Below are positions 26,608 through 35,924 of a stretch of DNA of 64,000 nucleotides, piece by piece (position 1 is the first letter of the stretch; every line of letters starts with the position of its first letter). A program made the translations under genes and the position numbers. Under the pieces are notes generated by a model. That model saw nothing but the letters and a program-made list of their open reading frames with translations, was not told the DNA's origin and did not search any database. Origin of the DNA: Verrucomicrobiota bacterium (GTDB taxonomy: Bacteria; Verrucomicrobiota; Verrucomicrobiia; Limisphaerales; UBA9464); assembly GCA_017309115.1 (NCBI GenBank), contig JAFLEF010000035.1, positions 7,843 to 71,842 on the forward strand, in the 5' to 3' direction.

Positions 26608-29600
26608 TCAGGGAACCAACGGCGCGTGCCACAGGCCCAGCTGACCCCGCGGAATCCACAGCCCGGACTCCGCTGACACCGCCACGTGAGTCCAGTCGAA
26701 GCTTAATCCGCAGGGCCGTTCCGCCGTCGCCGCCTTCCGCAGGATTTCCGGATCCGCATCCACATAGAGCTGGAACTCGCTGCCGGCACTGACCACCAGT
26801 CCCGCCTCGGACTCGTTCAAGCCTTCCGCCGGCGCCGACAACGGAATCGTCCCGTACCGTTCGAACGTTCCCGCGACACTCACCGCCCAGACTTCGAGCG
26901 CCGAAGCCGCGTTGGTGGACGCCCGACCCAGGAACACCTGCCCGTCCGACGTCACCAGGAACGGCGCCGGCTGAAGTTCCGGCAGCGGCAAGGCCCCGAC
27001 CCAACTGGCCTGAAGCCCATCGTACGCGAGCGCATGAACGAATGATCCCGTCGTGGACTCATCCACCGGACCGCCCTGGGCGTAGACCAGCGAACCCGCA
27101 TGGGAAACCCCCTCCAATCGACCCGGCAAGGCGACCGGAGTCCGCACCACGGGTTCCGTCAGATCCGCGAAGTCCAGCACGTCGAGCGCGTAGTCATGTT
27201 CATAGATACTGAAATCCGGTCCCGGCGCGGGAAGTCCAGCCTTCACGAGGCGGGAGGTTCGATGGCTCAGGAACACCTTGCCGTCCGCGACAAACGCCCG
27301 ACTAAAGCTGTTCCATTGGTTCGTCCCCCCCAACTGCACCTGAGACGCCCAGACCGGCAACTCCGGTGCGCTGACGTCGAAGGCCAGAAAGTTTCGCGTC
27401 TCCTGCCACCACCACGGCCCCCACCAGATCAAACCGGGAACCGCAAGGTCGGTCACGCGCGGCAAGGCGACTCCCGGACCAAATGTCACCAGCCCTCCGC
27501 CCGAGACTCGCAACGAAGTCCAATCCATCCATCCACTTGTGCCCGGCGCTTCCGTCCAAACCACCTGCGAATCCCCCACCCACAGCGGCACCATCGGCGC
27601 GGCAATGAAGTTGGTCGGCGAGTCCCAGCTCTGTCGTCCACGCACCTGGATCTGATCTCCAGCAAACTCCACCACACTGAGTTGCACGGCGCCCGGCACC
27701 CGACGAGGCACCCAGGTGGTGTACGTGTGCACGTTGGTCACGAGTACCGGCGGCTGGGCCACCCACTCCCACCACTCCACCAGGTTCGTTTGCCAACTGT
27801 CCGGTTCCGGCACGAACTCCGGACGAATCCACGTCAGGCGATAGACACTGGGCGTCGGATCCAGGGGCGATGGTGGGCGCACCTTTTCCGTGGTGGTGGA
27901 AACGAGATTGGTGGCTTGCGGACGCGGTACTTCGCGCGACTGCACGACCACATTGGTGAGAGAACGCTGTCCGTCTTCTTCATGGATGAAAATGTTGGTG
28001 ATGACTCGGGTGACGAGCGGAGGTGGACTCAGCACCACTTCCACACGGGTGCGGCGCTCGCGAATCGGCGGACGCCCCTCCTCAGAAACCAGCACGTTGG
28101 TGATCGTGACCAAGTCGGATGTCCAAATGCTGGCCCGACCCTGCAGAACCACCAAATGATCCTCCCGCAGATCTGCTCCCAAGAGCGGCAGTGACTCCAA
28201 GGCCAGGGTCACCCGTGCCCGTTCGGGTTCCGCCGCGGTTGCCAGAGCGACCTCGAGCGCTTGACCCGCCGGCTGCCGCAATTGCACCAACTGCCCCCCG
28301 CGCACAAACACCCGGTCCACCTGCGGTGACAAGGGCAGTTCACCCGTCACTCGGGGTTGATCCCGGTCCGTGGCATCCACCGTCAGCAATTCCTGTGCAG
28401 ACACCGACACGATGCGCTCATCGATCCAAGTGGCGCGGCGCGCTTGCAAGGCATGATCAACCACGCCACGGGCCTCGAGTCGGCCGGCTTTCAAATCCAC
28501 GTCAATCAGCTGCACCCCCTGAAACCAACTGCCCGCAGTCCGCCCGGGCAGTTCGCCCTGCCACGGGACCAAGGCCAGACCCAATTCCGGAAATACCTGG
28601 AAGGCCTTTTCATCGGCGTTTCCTTCGCTCCAGGACCAACCCGCGCCCAGCAACACCTTGCTCAGGAGCGTGGGCCGATCGGCATCCGCCACATCAAACA
28701 ACTGAACCGTGGTACGGCTGCCATCCACTCCCAGGGCCAGTAAGCGCGTGTTGTCGGCCAGCGGTTGCAGATACGTCGAGTAACCCGGGATCTGTAGTTC
28801 GCCCCGGATCACCGGCTGCGTCGGTTGGCTCAGATCCACAATCCACAGCGGATCCACCACGCGGAACGTCACCACATACGCCCGGTTTCCGGAGAAGCGT
28901 GTTCCAAACAGGGTTTCATTGGTCACCAACGTGAGTTGGCCCACCGGTGCCGACTGGGCGAAGTCGCTCAGCGAATAGGTCTCCAAGACGGTCTTCGGCG
29001 GCGTCCATTCCCAAGTCAGCAGATTGCCCGTCGGATCCCGTGGATCCGTCACCATCCGGCCCTCCCCATCCACTTGGGAAACGGCCGCCAGCCAGTTCCC
29101 TCCGTCCCCGAAAGTTCCCAGTTTGAATTTGTCGAAGACCCGTCCGGCGGTCCGGAAGTAACCCAACTGCTTCACCGTTCCCGCCGGGTCGCTGAGGTCG
29201 AACACCAGGACTCCGTGATTGCCCAACAGCGCCCATTCCGCCAGTCGTTCGAATGGAAGCGGAGTTCGACTGCCTGACGCGGCCACGAACAGGAAGCGAT
29301 CCGTGGCCGACAGCGCCAGCGGATGCACGGGAAGATCCACCACCGGTTGCGGGACCGGTGCCGCGGGATTGGCGAGGTTGAAGGTGCTGATCACCGTACG
29401 GCTTTCGTAAGCGACGGGCAGGAGGGTCCCGTCCAGTGCGATCTCGGCGGTTCCCGGAACCCAGTCGTTGCTGGCGACGTACAACACGTCACCCACCAAC
29501 CGTGTCTCGCGAATCTGCCCCCGCACCGGCAAGCGCAAGGCCAACCGCGGCGTTCCGGCGGTGACCTCGACCAACAGCACTTCGCTGCCCGATCCCGTGC

Positions 29601-30330
29601 AACCCTGTTGCGCCAACAACGCCAGCCACGTGGAACCCGACGCAGCCGAAGCGGGCAGCCGGTACAATTGCTCGCCCCAAACCGCGAGAGGCAACTGGCC
29701 GAGCATCCGAGGTTCGTCCAATAGGGTCAGATCAATCACTTGAAGTCCCCGTTGTTGATTGAAGAAGTACGCCGTCCGGCCCTCGACCTTCCAAATATCC
29801 GACTCCACTACCGCCCGGGTTTCACCTCCGGTCACCTGGGAAACGGTTCCATTCGGAGTCGCATCGAAATTCATATTGGCCACGATGCCGCCCACGACTC
29901 CGACTCCAGACCCTGCCTTTTGGAGAGACGGGCGAAACGCCTTGCGACCCCGGAAGAAGTTCGCGGGCAGACCCACTTCCTGATCCACCTCATCGCGAAC
30001 CCGCAGCATTTCCATCCCGTCTCCCAAAGGCAGGGTGAAAGTCAGTTCGGTCGTCACCGACCGGTCGCTCCATTGGACGTCCCGCGGCGTCCACGTGCCG
30101 CGCAACAGGCGGCTCCGGCTTTCCAGAGTCAGCCGGCGTTGCCCCGGCGGCACGGCCACGATGACGTGAAGTTCCGTTCCCACGGCGCGCAACGACACAA
30201 TCTGCGCTGCGGACGGGTCGTCGGCCGTCACTCGAACGAGCCCGACCCCGGCCAACCAGGCCAGCAACAGGAAACCAAAAAGACGGCGCGCGAACGGAAC
30301 TCGATCCACGACGGGAGTGATGGGATTCAT
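26608..30330 (-). CDS. Large secreted beta-propeller domain protein (COG4880 / Beta_propel family)
   Basis: The track ORF runs to 30564, but ATG 30330 gives MNPITPVVDRVPFARRLFGFLLLAWLAGVGLVRVTADD (signal anchor) and sits 8 nt after the anti-sigma stop. The family signature is AYVVTFRVVDPLWIVDLSQPTQPVIRGELQIPGYSTYLQPL. Confidence 0.82.
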   Translation of the reverse strand: MNPITPVVDRVPFARRLFGFLLLAWLAGVGLVRVTADDPSAAQIVSLRAVGTELHVIVAVPPGQRRLTLESRSRLLRGTWTPRDVQWSDRSVTTELTFTLPLGDGMEMLRVRDEVDQEVGLPANFFRGRKAFRPSLQKAGSGVGVVGGIVANMNFDATPNGTVSQVTGGETRAVVESDIWKVEGRTAYFFNQQRGLQVIDLTLLDEPRMLGQLPLAVWGEQLYRLPASAASGSTWLALLAQQGCTGSGSEVLLVEVTAGTPRLALRLPVRGQIRETRLVGDVLYVASNDWVPGTAEIALDGTLLPVAYESRTVISTFNLANPAAPVPQPVVDLPVHPLALSATDRFLFVAASGSRTPLPFERLAEWALLGNHGVLVFDLSDPAGTVKQLGYFRTAGRVFDKFKLGTFGDGGNWLAAVSQVDGEGRMVTDPRDPTGNLLTWEWTPPKTVLETYSLSDFAQSAPVGQLTLVTNETLFGTRFSGNRAYVVTFRVVDPLWIVDLSQPTQPVIRGELQIPGYSTYLQPLADNTRLLALGVDGSRTTVQLFDVADADRPTLLSKVLLGAGWSWSEGNADEKAFQVFPELGLALVPWQGELPGRTAGSWFQGVQLIDVDLKAGRLEARGVVDHALQARRATWIDERIVSVSAQELLTVDATDRDQPRVTGELPLSPQVDRVFVRGGQLVQLRQPAGQALEVALATAAEPERARVTLALESLPLLGADLREDHLVVLQGRASIWTSDLVTITNVLVSEEGRPPIRERRTRVEVVLSPPPLVTRVITNIFIHEEDGQRSLTNVVVQSREVPRPQATNLVSTTTEKVRPPSPLDPTPSVYRLTWIRPEFVPEPDSWQTNLVEWWEWVAQPPVLVTNVHTYTTWVPRRVPGAVQLSVVEFAGDQIQVRGRQSWDSPTNFIAAPMVPLWVGDSQVVWTEAPGTSGWMDWTSLRVSGGGLVTFGPGVALPRVTDLAVPGLIWWGPWWWQETRNFLAFDVSAPELPVWASQVQLGGTNQWNSFSRAFVADGKVFLSHRTSRLVKAGLPAPGPDFSIYEHDYALDVLDFADLTEPVVRTPVALPGRLEGVSHAGSLVYAQGGPVDESTTGSFVHALAYDGLQASWVGALPLPELQPAPFLVTSDGQVFLGRASTNAASALEVWAVSVAGTFERYGTIPLSAPAEGLNESEAGLVVSAGSEFQLYVDADPEILRKAATAERPCGLSFDWTHVAVSAESGLWIPRGQLGLWHAPLVP

Positions 30331-30340
30331 CTGGGGGGAC

Positions 30341-31501
30341 TCAGGGTTTGGCAGCGGGCGGAAGGGCGACCACAGGTCCTCTGGGCGCCGAGAGGGAACC
30401 GATGGACTCCACCGGTTCGAGGGTGACCATGAAACTGGGCGCACCTCCACTGGAGGCCGAGGCGGTGAAGGAAATGACAGCGGTGGAACGGTCGGCACTG
30501 GCGGCTCCGACCGGCGTGTACACCAGGGAACCATCGGCAGCGGTCGATTGCGACCACACCACAAAGTTCTGTTCGGCCGAGGGCGAATCGTTCACCAGGG
30601 CCACCGCCCCCCGACCGGTCTCCGGATCGAAGAAGGCAATGGGCTGACCCTCGTTCAGTGGCAGGTCAGTCGGGGCATCCGTCGCCGCCAAGGTTGCGGA
30701 GCCTTCCGCCGGCGGCCCCACCAAGGCACCCCGATTGCCGGCCGCCAGTGCAGCCAAGGCATCGGGAAGTGAGTTCAGGTCCGACGCATGGCGGACGCCT
30801 TCCGGGGTATTGGTGTTGGCCAACCGAAACACCTGGAGCCGACTTACCCCCGGCGGCAAAACCACCGGCAAAGGCGACGGTGCTGGTTGTTGCTGAAGCA
30901 CCCGATTCAGGGCCGCCACCTGCGACGACCACATTCGGTCCCGATCCCGCAGTCGCTGATTTTCCCGCGCCAAGGCCAATTCAGCGGGGGTCGGCTGCGG
31001 CGGCGGAGTCGCCACCACCGGCGAGGACCCGTCCCGGGGAGGCGTCGTCACCACGGGAACCGGCAAACGACTCGAAGCGGCAGCGTGAACGTCGACGACG
31101 GGTGAGGAAACCGGGTCCCCGGAAGCGACCGAAGGACTCGAGGGAGTTCGTCCGGTCCATTGTACGCCGAGAAATACCCCCGCCGCGAGGCAGGCAGCGG
31201 CCGCGAGTACCAGCCGCCCCCAGGTCCAAAACTGTCCGGGAAACCGTTGAATGCGGTCCTCGTCCTCCTTGACCTCGGCCGCAATCCGACCCCAAACGTG
31301 CAACGGGGCCGCACGTTTCGGCTGCGCCAGAACCAAGGTGTCCAGGCCTCCCTGCAGGTCGCGAACGAACTCCCGCAACGACGCCTCGTCGGCCAGGCGC
31401 GCCGCAAACTGCCGCTGTTCCTCCGCGGTCAGGAGATCCAGCACATACAGGCTGGCGGCCTCCTCCGTCGCGGCGTCGAACGTTCTCACCAGATCACTCA
31501 T
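30341..31501 (-). CDS. Anti-sigma factor, RskA-like (single TM, Pro-rich extracytoplasmic region)
   Basis: 386 aa. The N-terminal MSDLVRTFDAATEEAASLYVLDLLTAEEQRQFAARLADEASLREFVRDLQ is an anti-sigma-binding helix bundle. TM helix LVLAAAACLAAGVFLGVQW. Its start overlaps the sigma gene stop (ATGAGTGA). Confidence 0.8.
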   Translation of the reverse strand: MSDLVRTFDAATEEAASLYVLDLLTAEEQRQFAARLADEASLREFVRDLQGGLDTLVLAQPKRAAPLHVWGRIAAEVKEDEDRIQRFPGQFWTWGRLVLAAAACLAAGVFLGVQWTGRTPSSPSVASGDPVSSPVVDVHAAASSRLPVPVVTTPPRDGSSPVVATPPPQPTPAELALARENQRLRDRDRMWSSQVAALNRVLQQQPAPSPLPVVLPPGVSRLQVFRLANTNTPEGVRHASDLNSLPDALAALAAGNRGALVGPPAEGSATLAATDAPTDLPLNEGQPIAFFDPETGRGAVALVNDSPSAEQNFVVWSQSTAADGSLVYTPVGAASADRSTAVISFTASASSGGAPSFMVTLEPVESIGSLSAPRGPVVALPPAAKP

Positions 31502-32120
31502 GACGATCCTTCAATTTAGTCCGCAGGGCCATCATCGCCCGGCGCAGACGCGCCTTCACAGTTCCCAACGGCGAACCCGTCACCCGGGCAATCTCCTCCT
31601 GCGTACACCCCCGCCAAAAAGCCAGTTCCAGAGCCTCCCGCTGCTCCCCGGGCAACCCCGCCACCGCGTGGGACACCCGCTCGGAGGTCTCTGCCTCACC
31701 AACCGGAGGAAACGAGACGTCCGCGTCGGGCAGTCGCGACGCCCGATACTCATCCAATACCGTCGAGAGCCGATTGCGCCGGCGTAGCCGGTCTAGCGCC
31801 AGTCCCCGCGCAATCATGACCATCCAGGTGAGCGGACCCGACTTGGCCGGATTGTACTGATCCGCCTTGCGCCACAATTGGATGAAGGTGTCCTGCAACA
31901 CTTCTTCCGCTTCCCGGTCGTCGCCTAGAATCCGGATCAACAGCGACAGCAATACGCCGCCGCGCCGTCGGTACAGTTCGGCCAAGGCCCCGGCCTGACC
32001 CTGCGCCAATTCGGCCAGCAACCGAATGTCCGTACCGTCGTCCGCGGCCGCCTCGGCGCGACGCTCCACCCCGGGGAACGGGATGGGTTCTGACGCCATT
32101 CTGGAGGGACTCGACGACAC
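31494..32120 (-). CDS. ECF (sigma-70 family) RNA polymerase sigma factor
   Basis: Region 2 EEVLQDTFIQLWRKADQYNP..PLTWMVMIARGLALDRLRR and region 4 LPGEQREALELAFWRGCTQEEIARVTGSPLGTVKARLRRAM. The start is GTG 32120 or ATG 32099. Confidence 0.92.
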   Translation of the reverse strand: MSSSPSRMASEPIPFPGVERRAEAAADDGTDIRLLAELAQGQAGALAELYRRRGGVLLSLLIRILGDDREAEEVLQDTFIQLWRKADQYNPAKSGPLTWMVMIARGLALDRLRRRNRLSTVLDEYRASRLPDADVSFPPVGEAETSERVSHAVAGLPGEQREALELAFWRGCTQEEIARVTGSPLGTVKARLRRAMMALRTKLKDRHE

Positions 32121-32190
32121 CGGTTTGGCTTCTTATCCGCACCCCGGCCCGTTTTGGATGCAAAAATTTTGGCTCCGCCGTCCGCCGAAC

Positions 32191-33939
32191 TCACCGGTTG
32201 GGCAACCACGGGTCGACCAACGCACGTTCCGGCGCGGACAACTCCGCTACCTCCAGACCCTCCGCCAATTCCCGGGCTTCCACTCGGCGTCCCACCCGAC
32301 CCAACTGCGCCACGCGCACCACCTGCCACAAGACCGGCACCCGCGACCAATCGACGGTCAGCACATCCAATTCTTTCGCGGCCAAATCCGGATCGTTCTG
32401 GCGCAGGGCCACCAGGGCACGGACTACCGCCAACTGGTTGGTGTCGCCCGCTTTGGCCCCGGAGCGGGAAAGCAAACTCTGCGTCCGGGTTAGGTCCTGG
32501 TTCAACAAGGCATCGTAGAGGGCATAGGTGATGCGTTGCGCATGGGAGATGGCGCCGAGTTGATCGAGACGTCTCAAGGCATCCCGAGTGGCGGACAAGT
32601 TCCGGGAGATCGACGCCAGTCTCAACACCTCCGCAGCGGCCCGGGGCGCCACCCGGGGATCCCCTAGAAGCGGTCGCCAGGCATCGAGAGCCACCTGGGT
32701 GTACCCGCGGACTTCGGCCAACCGAGCGATGGACAGCAGCATGGCGCGATCGGTGTCGGCCAAGGTGAGCGCCTGTTGCCAGTGCCCCAGGCTTTCGTTG
32801 GTGCGTCCGGCCGCATGCGCCGCGGACGCCCGAAGAATCTGCTGCAACAGTGGCATCTCAGGCGCTTTCGGATTGGCCAGCAAGCTTTCCACTTCGCTCC
32901 ACCGTTCCAGTTCCCCCAGGGCTCCAGCCCGATTGAGATACAGCCGACTGTCGGTCAAGGCCTGTTCCTCCGGCACCAAGATCAGGACGTCCTGATATTC
33001 CCCGAGTTGGCCGAACCAACTCACCGCCGCCAAGAGATTGGACCGACCCTCGGGATTCCACAGCGGCTGGGCCAGGGCCTGCACGCGCGCCACCCGGCCG
33101 GAGGGATCACTCAAGTTCTCCAGACCCAAACGAGCCAATCGTTCCTCGAAGGTCGCCTCCGGCCGTTCCGGCAACAATCGCAGGAGCAGGTTCACATCCG
33201 CAGCGGGCAGCGGTCGGGAAGACAGCAGCAACTGCACCGCCTTGATACGTTCGGGACTGCTCCCCGCGGCCATGGCCATCAAGCGCTGGCGTCCGCTGGA
33301 CTGGACATTGGGATCGGGGTGACGCAGTTGCAGATTCGCCAGCAGCCAGAGATTCGTGGTGTTGGCCGGATCCCGATTCAGCGCCTCGTTGGCCAGACGG
33401 ACTGCGGCGTCTGGATCGCCCCGACGCTGGGCAATTTCCGCCGCCAGCGGCAACACCCCCGGACTGCTGGGGGAATTGGTGATCAACTGGAGCATCAGGG
33501 GAACCGCGATATCGAATCGGTCGAGTTCCAGAGCCACCCGGGCATAAGCCAACTGATCCTCCAACGTGAGCGGAGACACCGCGCCAAGTTCCCGCCACAA
33601 GTTGAGCGCTTCGGGAAGTCCGCTCCGCGAATAAAAGTGCGCGACTTCCCGCGCCACCGGCGGGTAATTGGGCGCGAGAAAGAAAGCGGATCGCAGCGCG
33701 GCGGAAGCGGCATCCAATTTGCCCGCCTGATCAGCCTCCCGGAATTGAATCAGGAACGTCTCCGCGCGCCGCTGTTTGCTCCAGGTCCAGATCGGCTTCG
33801 CACCCACAATTCCGGCGACGAGCAGAAGGAGCACCACGACCCCTCCCACCCACACCCAGACCGAGTGGTCCCGAAAGCGGTTGGATTCCACGGCGTCAAC
33901 GATGAGTAGGCGACGCCATTTTGCAACGCCGAGACCCAA
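32191..33939 (-). CDS. Membrane-anchored TPR-like repeat protein (paralog of 17016-18743)
   Basis: 582 aa with TM helix VWVWVGGVVVLLLLVAGIVGA and a helical repeat body. It ends ..ALVDPWLPNR like its paralog. It lies 70 nt upstream of the ECF sigma gene on the same strand. Confidence 0.8.
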   Translation of the reverse strand: MGLGVAKWRRLLIVDAVESNRFRDHSVWVWVGGVVVLLLLVAGIVGAKPIWTWSKQRRAETFLIQFREADQAGKLDAASAALRSAFFLAPNYPPVAREVAHFYSRSGLPEALNLWRELGAVSPLTLEDQLAYARVALELDRFDIAVPLMLQLITNSPSSPGVLPLAAEIAQRRGDPDAAVRLANEALNRDPANTTNLWLLANLQLRHPDPNVQSSGRQRLMAMAAGSSPERIKAVQLLLSSRPLPAADVNLLLRLLPERPEATFEERLARLGLENLSDPSGRVARVQALAQPLWNPEGRSNLLAAVSWFGQLGEYQDVLILVPEEQALTDSRLYLNRAGALGELERWSEVESLLANPKAPEMPLLQQILRASAAHAAGRTNESLGHWQQALTLADTDRAMLLSIARLAEVRGYTQVALDAWRPLLGDPRVAPRAAAEVLRLASISRNLSATRDALRRLDQLGAISHAQRITYALYDALLNQDLTRTQSLLSRSGAKAGDTNQLAVVRALVALRQNDPDLAAKELDVLTVDWSRVPVLWQVVRVAQLGRVGRRVEARELAEGLEVAELSAPERALVDPWLPNR

Positions 33940-33955
33940 CTTCCACGGACTTCGG

Positions 33956-35497
33956 TCACTCCCACTCGATCGTACCGGGCGGCTTGCTGGTCAGATCCAG
34001 AACCACCCGATTGATCCCGCGCACTTCATTGGTGATGCGGGTGGAAATCTTCTCCAGCAAATCGTACGGCAAGCGAACCCAATCCGCCGTCATGCCGTCC
34101 TGGGATTCCACCGCCCGAATGGCCACGGTGAAGTCGTACGTACGCTCGTCTCCCTGCACACCCACGCTGCGCACTGGCAGGAGCACGGCAAAGGTCTGCC
34201 ACGTCTTGTAGTACAATCCGGCATCCTTCATTTCCGCGACCACGATGCTGTCGGCCAGACGAAGGATATCGAGCTTCTGCGCCGTGATTTCTCCCAGGCA
34301 CCGCACCGCGAGGCCAGGTCCCGGGAAGGGCTGCCGATAAACAATCTCCTTCGGCAATCCCAGCTCAAGACCCAACTGACGCACCTCGTCCTTGAAGAGG
34401 CAGCGCAGCGGTTCCACCAAGGCGAACTTCATCCGCTTGGGCAGTCCGCCCACGTTGTGGTGAGACTTGATCATGTGCGCCGGATTTCCGGCGATCGGCA
34501 CTGACTCAATGACGTCGGGGTAGAGTGTTCCCTGGGCGAGGAACTTGGCCTTGCCCGCCCGTTTGGTGGCCTTCTCGAACACGTCGATGAAGGTTTTGCC
34601 GATGATCTTCCGCTTACGTTCCGGGTCCGTGACGCCCTTGAGCGGCTTGAGAAAGGCCCGGGTGGCCTCCTCGTATTGCAGGTGAATCTTGAAATGCTTC
34701 TCGAACACATCACGAACCACCTCCGCCTCCCGGGCCCGGAGCAGACCGTTGTTCACGAAGATACAGGTGAGTTGGGGACCAATCGCTTTGTGCAACAGCG
34801 CGGCCGCCACACTGGAATCGACCCCACCGCTCAGCCCGAGAATGACCCGTTCGGAGCCCACCTGCGCCCGGATCTGTTCCACCGATTGCTCGATGTAATT
34901 CCGCATCGTCCAGTTGCTGCCACAGCCGCAAATTTGGTGAACGAAGTTGGCCAGGATCTCCTTGCCCCGGGGCGTGTGAACCACTTCGGGATGGAACTGA
35001 ATACCGAAGAGTTTGCGCGCCGGATGCTCGATGGCCGCGTAGTCGGAATTCTCCGTGGTCCCCACCACCACGAAGTCCTTGGGCAGCCGGGTCAGTTTAT
35101 CGCCGTGGCTGTTCCACACCTGCAAGGACTCGGGAAGCCCGGCGAAGAGCGCGCAGGCGGGATCGGCCACGGTCAGGGTGCCCTTGCCGTACTCGCGTTT
35201 CTGACCCCGCTCGACCTTGCCGCCAAGGAACTGGGCGAAGACCTGCACGCCGTAGCAGATTCCCAGGACCGGCACGCCGAGCTTGAAAATGGCCTTGTCC
35301 GGCAGAGGCGCACCGGGTGTGTAGACCGAATTGGGCCCGCCCGAAAGAATGATTCCCTTGGGAGCGAGTTTGGCGATCTCCGCGGCCGGGGTGTCGAAGC
35401 GCAAGATCGTGGAGTACACGCTGCACTCACGGATTCGGCGGGCAATGACCTGGGTGTATTGGCTACCGAAGTCGAGGATGACAATCTGCTCGTTCAT
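33956..35497 (-). CDS. guaA: GMP synthase (glutamine-hydrolysing)
   Basis: From ATG 35497: [29 protein letters not shown] (GATase), [18 protein letters not shown] (PP-loop), C-terminal ..KPPGTIEWE. The track start at 35680 adds 61 residues that lie in repeat/intergenic sequence. Confidence 0.97.
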   Translation of the reverse strand: MNEQIVILDFGSQYTQVIARRIRECSVYSTILRFDTPAAEIAKLAPKGIILSGGPNSVYTPGAPLPDKAIFKLGVPVLGICYGVQVFAQFLGGKVERGQKREYGKGTLTVADPACALFAGLPESLQVWNSHGDKLTRLPKDFVVVGTTENSDYAAIEHPARKLFGIQFHPEVVHTPRGKEILANFVHQICGCGSNWTMRNYIEQSVEQIRAQVGSERVILGLSGGVDSSVAAALLHKAIGPQLTCIFVNNGLLRAREAEVVRDVFEKHFKIHLQYEEATRAFLKPLKGVTDPERKRKIIGKTFIDVFEKATKRAGKAKFLAQGTLYPDVIESVPIAGNPAHMIKSHHNVGGLPKRMKFALVEPLRCLFKDEVRQLGLELGLPKEIVYRQPFPGPGLAVRCLGEITAQKLDILRLADSIVVAEMKDAGLYYKTWQTFAVLLPVRSVGVQGDERTYDFTVAIRAVESQDGMTADWVRLPYDLLEKISTRITNEVRGINRVVLDLTSKPPGTIEWE

Positions 35498-35607
35498 GTC
35501 GTTTGAGCGAAAAGGAAGTGTGTGCCGCCGATGCCCGGCCTTTTCCAGCCATTTTTTGGAGTCCACCGCATTTGGGGGCATTTTGCGGTTGGAAGGGTCT
35601 CCCGCCC

Positions 35608-35813
35608 GGTGGGGCGACGCTCCGCGGAGCCGTTCCCTCGTGGACTCCGGACGCCTCACTCGCCGAGGCGCGAACAGCACGGTGTAACCTCGCCCTACCT
35701 ATGGAGTGCGGTGGCGCAGCCTGCGTAGCTACCGCTTTTCGTCCCGGCTGCTGACGCGTCGAACCACTCCACACCCTCACCCGCCTTCCATGCGCCCCAA
35801 AAGCGGCGGAGGG
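35608..35813 (+). repeat. Composite intergenic repeat, modules A (35608-35699), B (35702-35771) and truncated C (35772-35813)
   Basis: GGTGGGGCGACGCTCCGCGGAGCCGTTCCCTCGTGGACTCC...CGGTGTAACCTCGCCCTACC, then TGGAGTGCGGTGGCGCAGCCTGCGTAGCTACCGC...GACGCGTCGAACCACTCCA, then CACCCTCACCCGCCTTCCATGCGCCCCAAAAGCGG. Colinear with the copies at 57073 and 59781. Confidence 0.85.
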
Positions 35814-35924
35814 ATTAATCTGGAAAACAGGAAAACAGGAGAAAGACAGAAAGTTGAGTGCGCTCACTTAGGGAATGCGGTCGGCAGCAGACCATGCGTC
35901 GGACAAGTCCACATGCCCTCCTGC

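Noticed and set aside
32121-32190. Search for a canonical ECF autoregulatory promoter (GGAAC-N16-17-CGT) upstream of the first sigma gene
   Set aside because: Reading the minus strand, I found only TGCATCC...CGGATAA-like hexamers and no convincing ECF-type -35/-10, so no promoter feature is claimed.
35498-35680. N-terminal extensions in the track for guaA (to 35680), the heme-binding protein (from 23305), the P460-like gene (from 15946, TTG), the beta-propeller (to 30564), arsR (from 54069), the HAF protein (from 57321) and the 58723 TTG start
   Set aside because: The extensions run into neighbouring genes or repeat elements, are Arg/Pro-rich, and precede much better starts that give canonical N-termini or signal peptides.
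35463-35867. Short ORFs encoded within the repeat elements (e.g. 35463-35867(-), 35706-36083(+), 45393-45689(+), 56861-57193(+), 59679-60026(-), containing MECGGAACVATAFRPGC or ALWGAWRAGEGWSGSTRQQP-type peptides)
   Set aside because: The same peptide-like strings recur only because the DNA repeat recurs. The frames are not conserved between copies (indels shift them), and the elements are dominated by inverted repeats, so they are non-coding.
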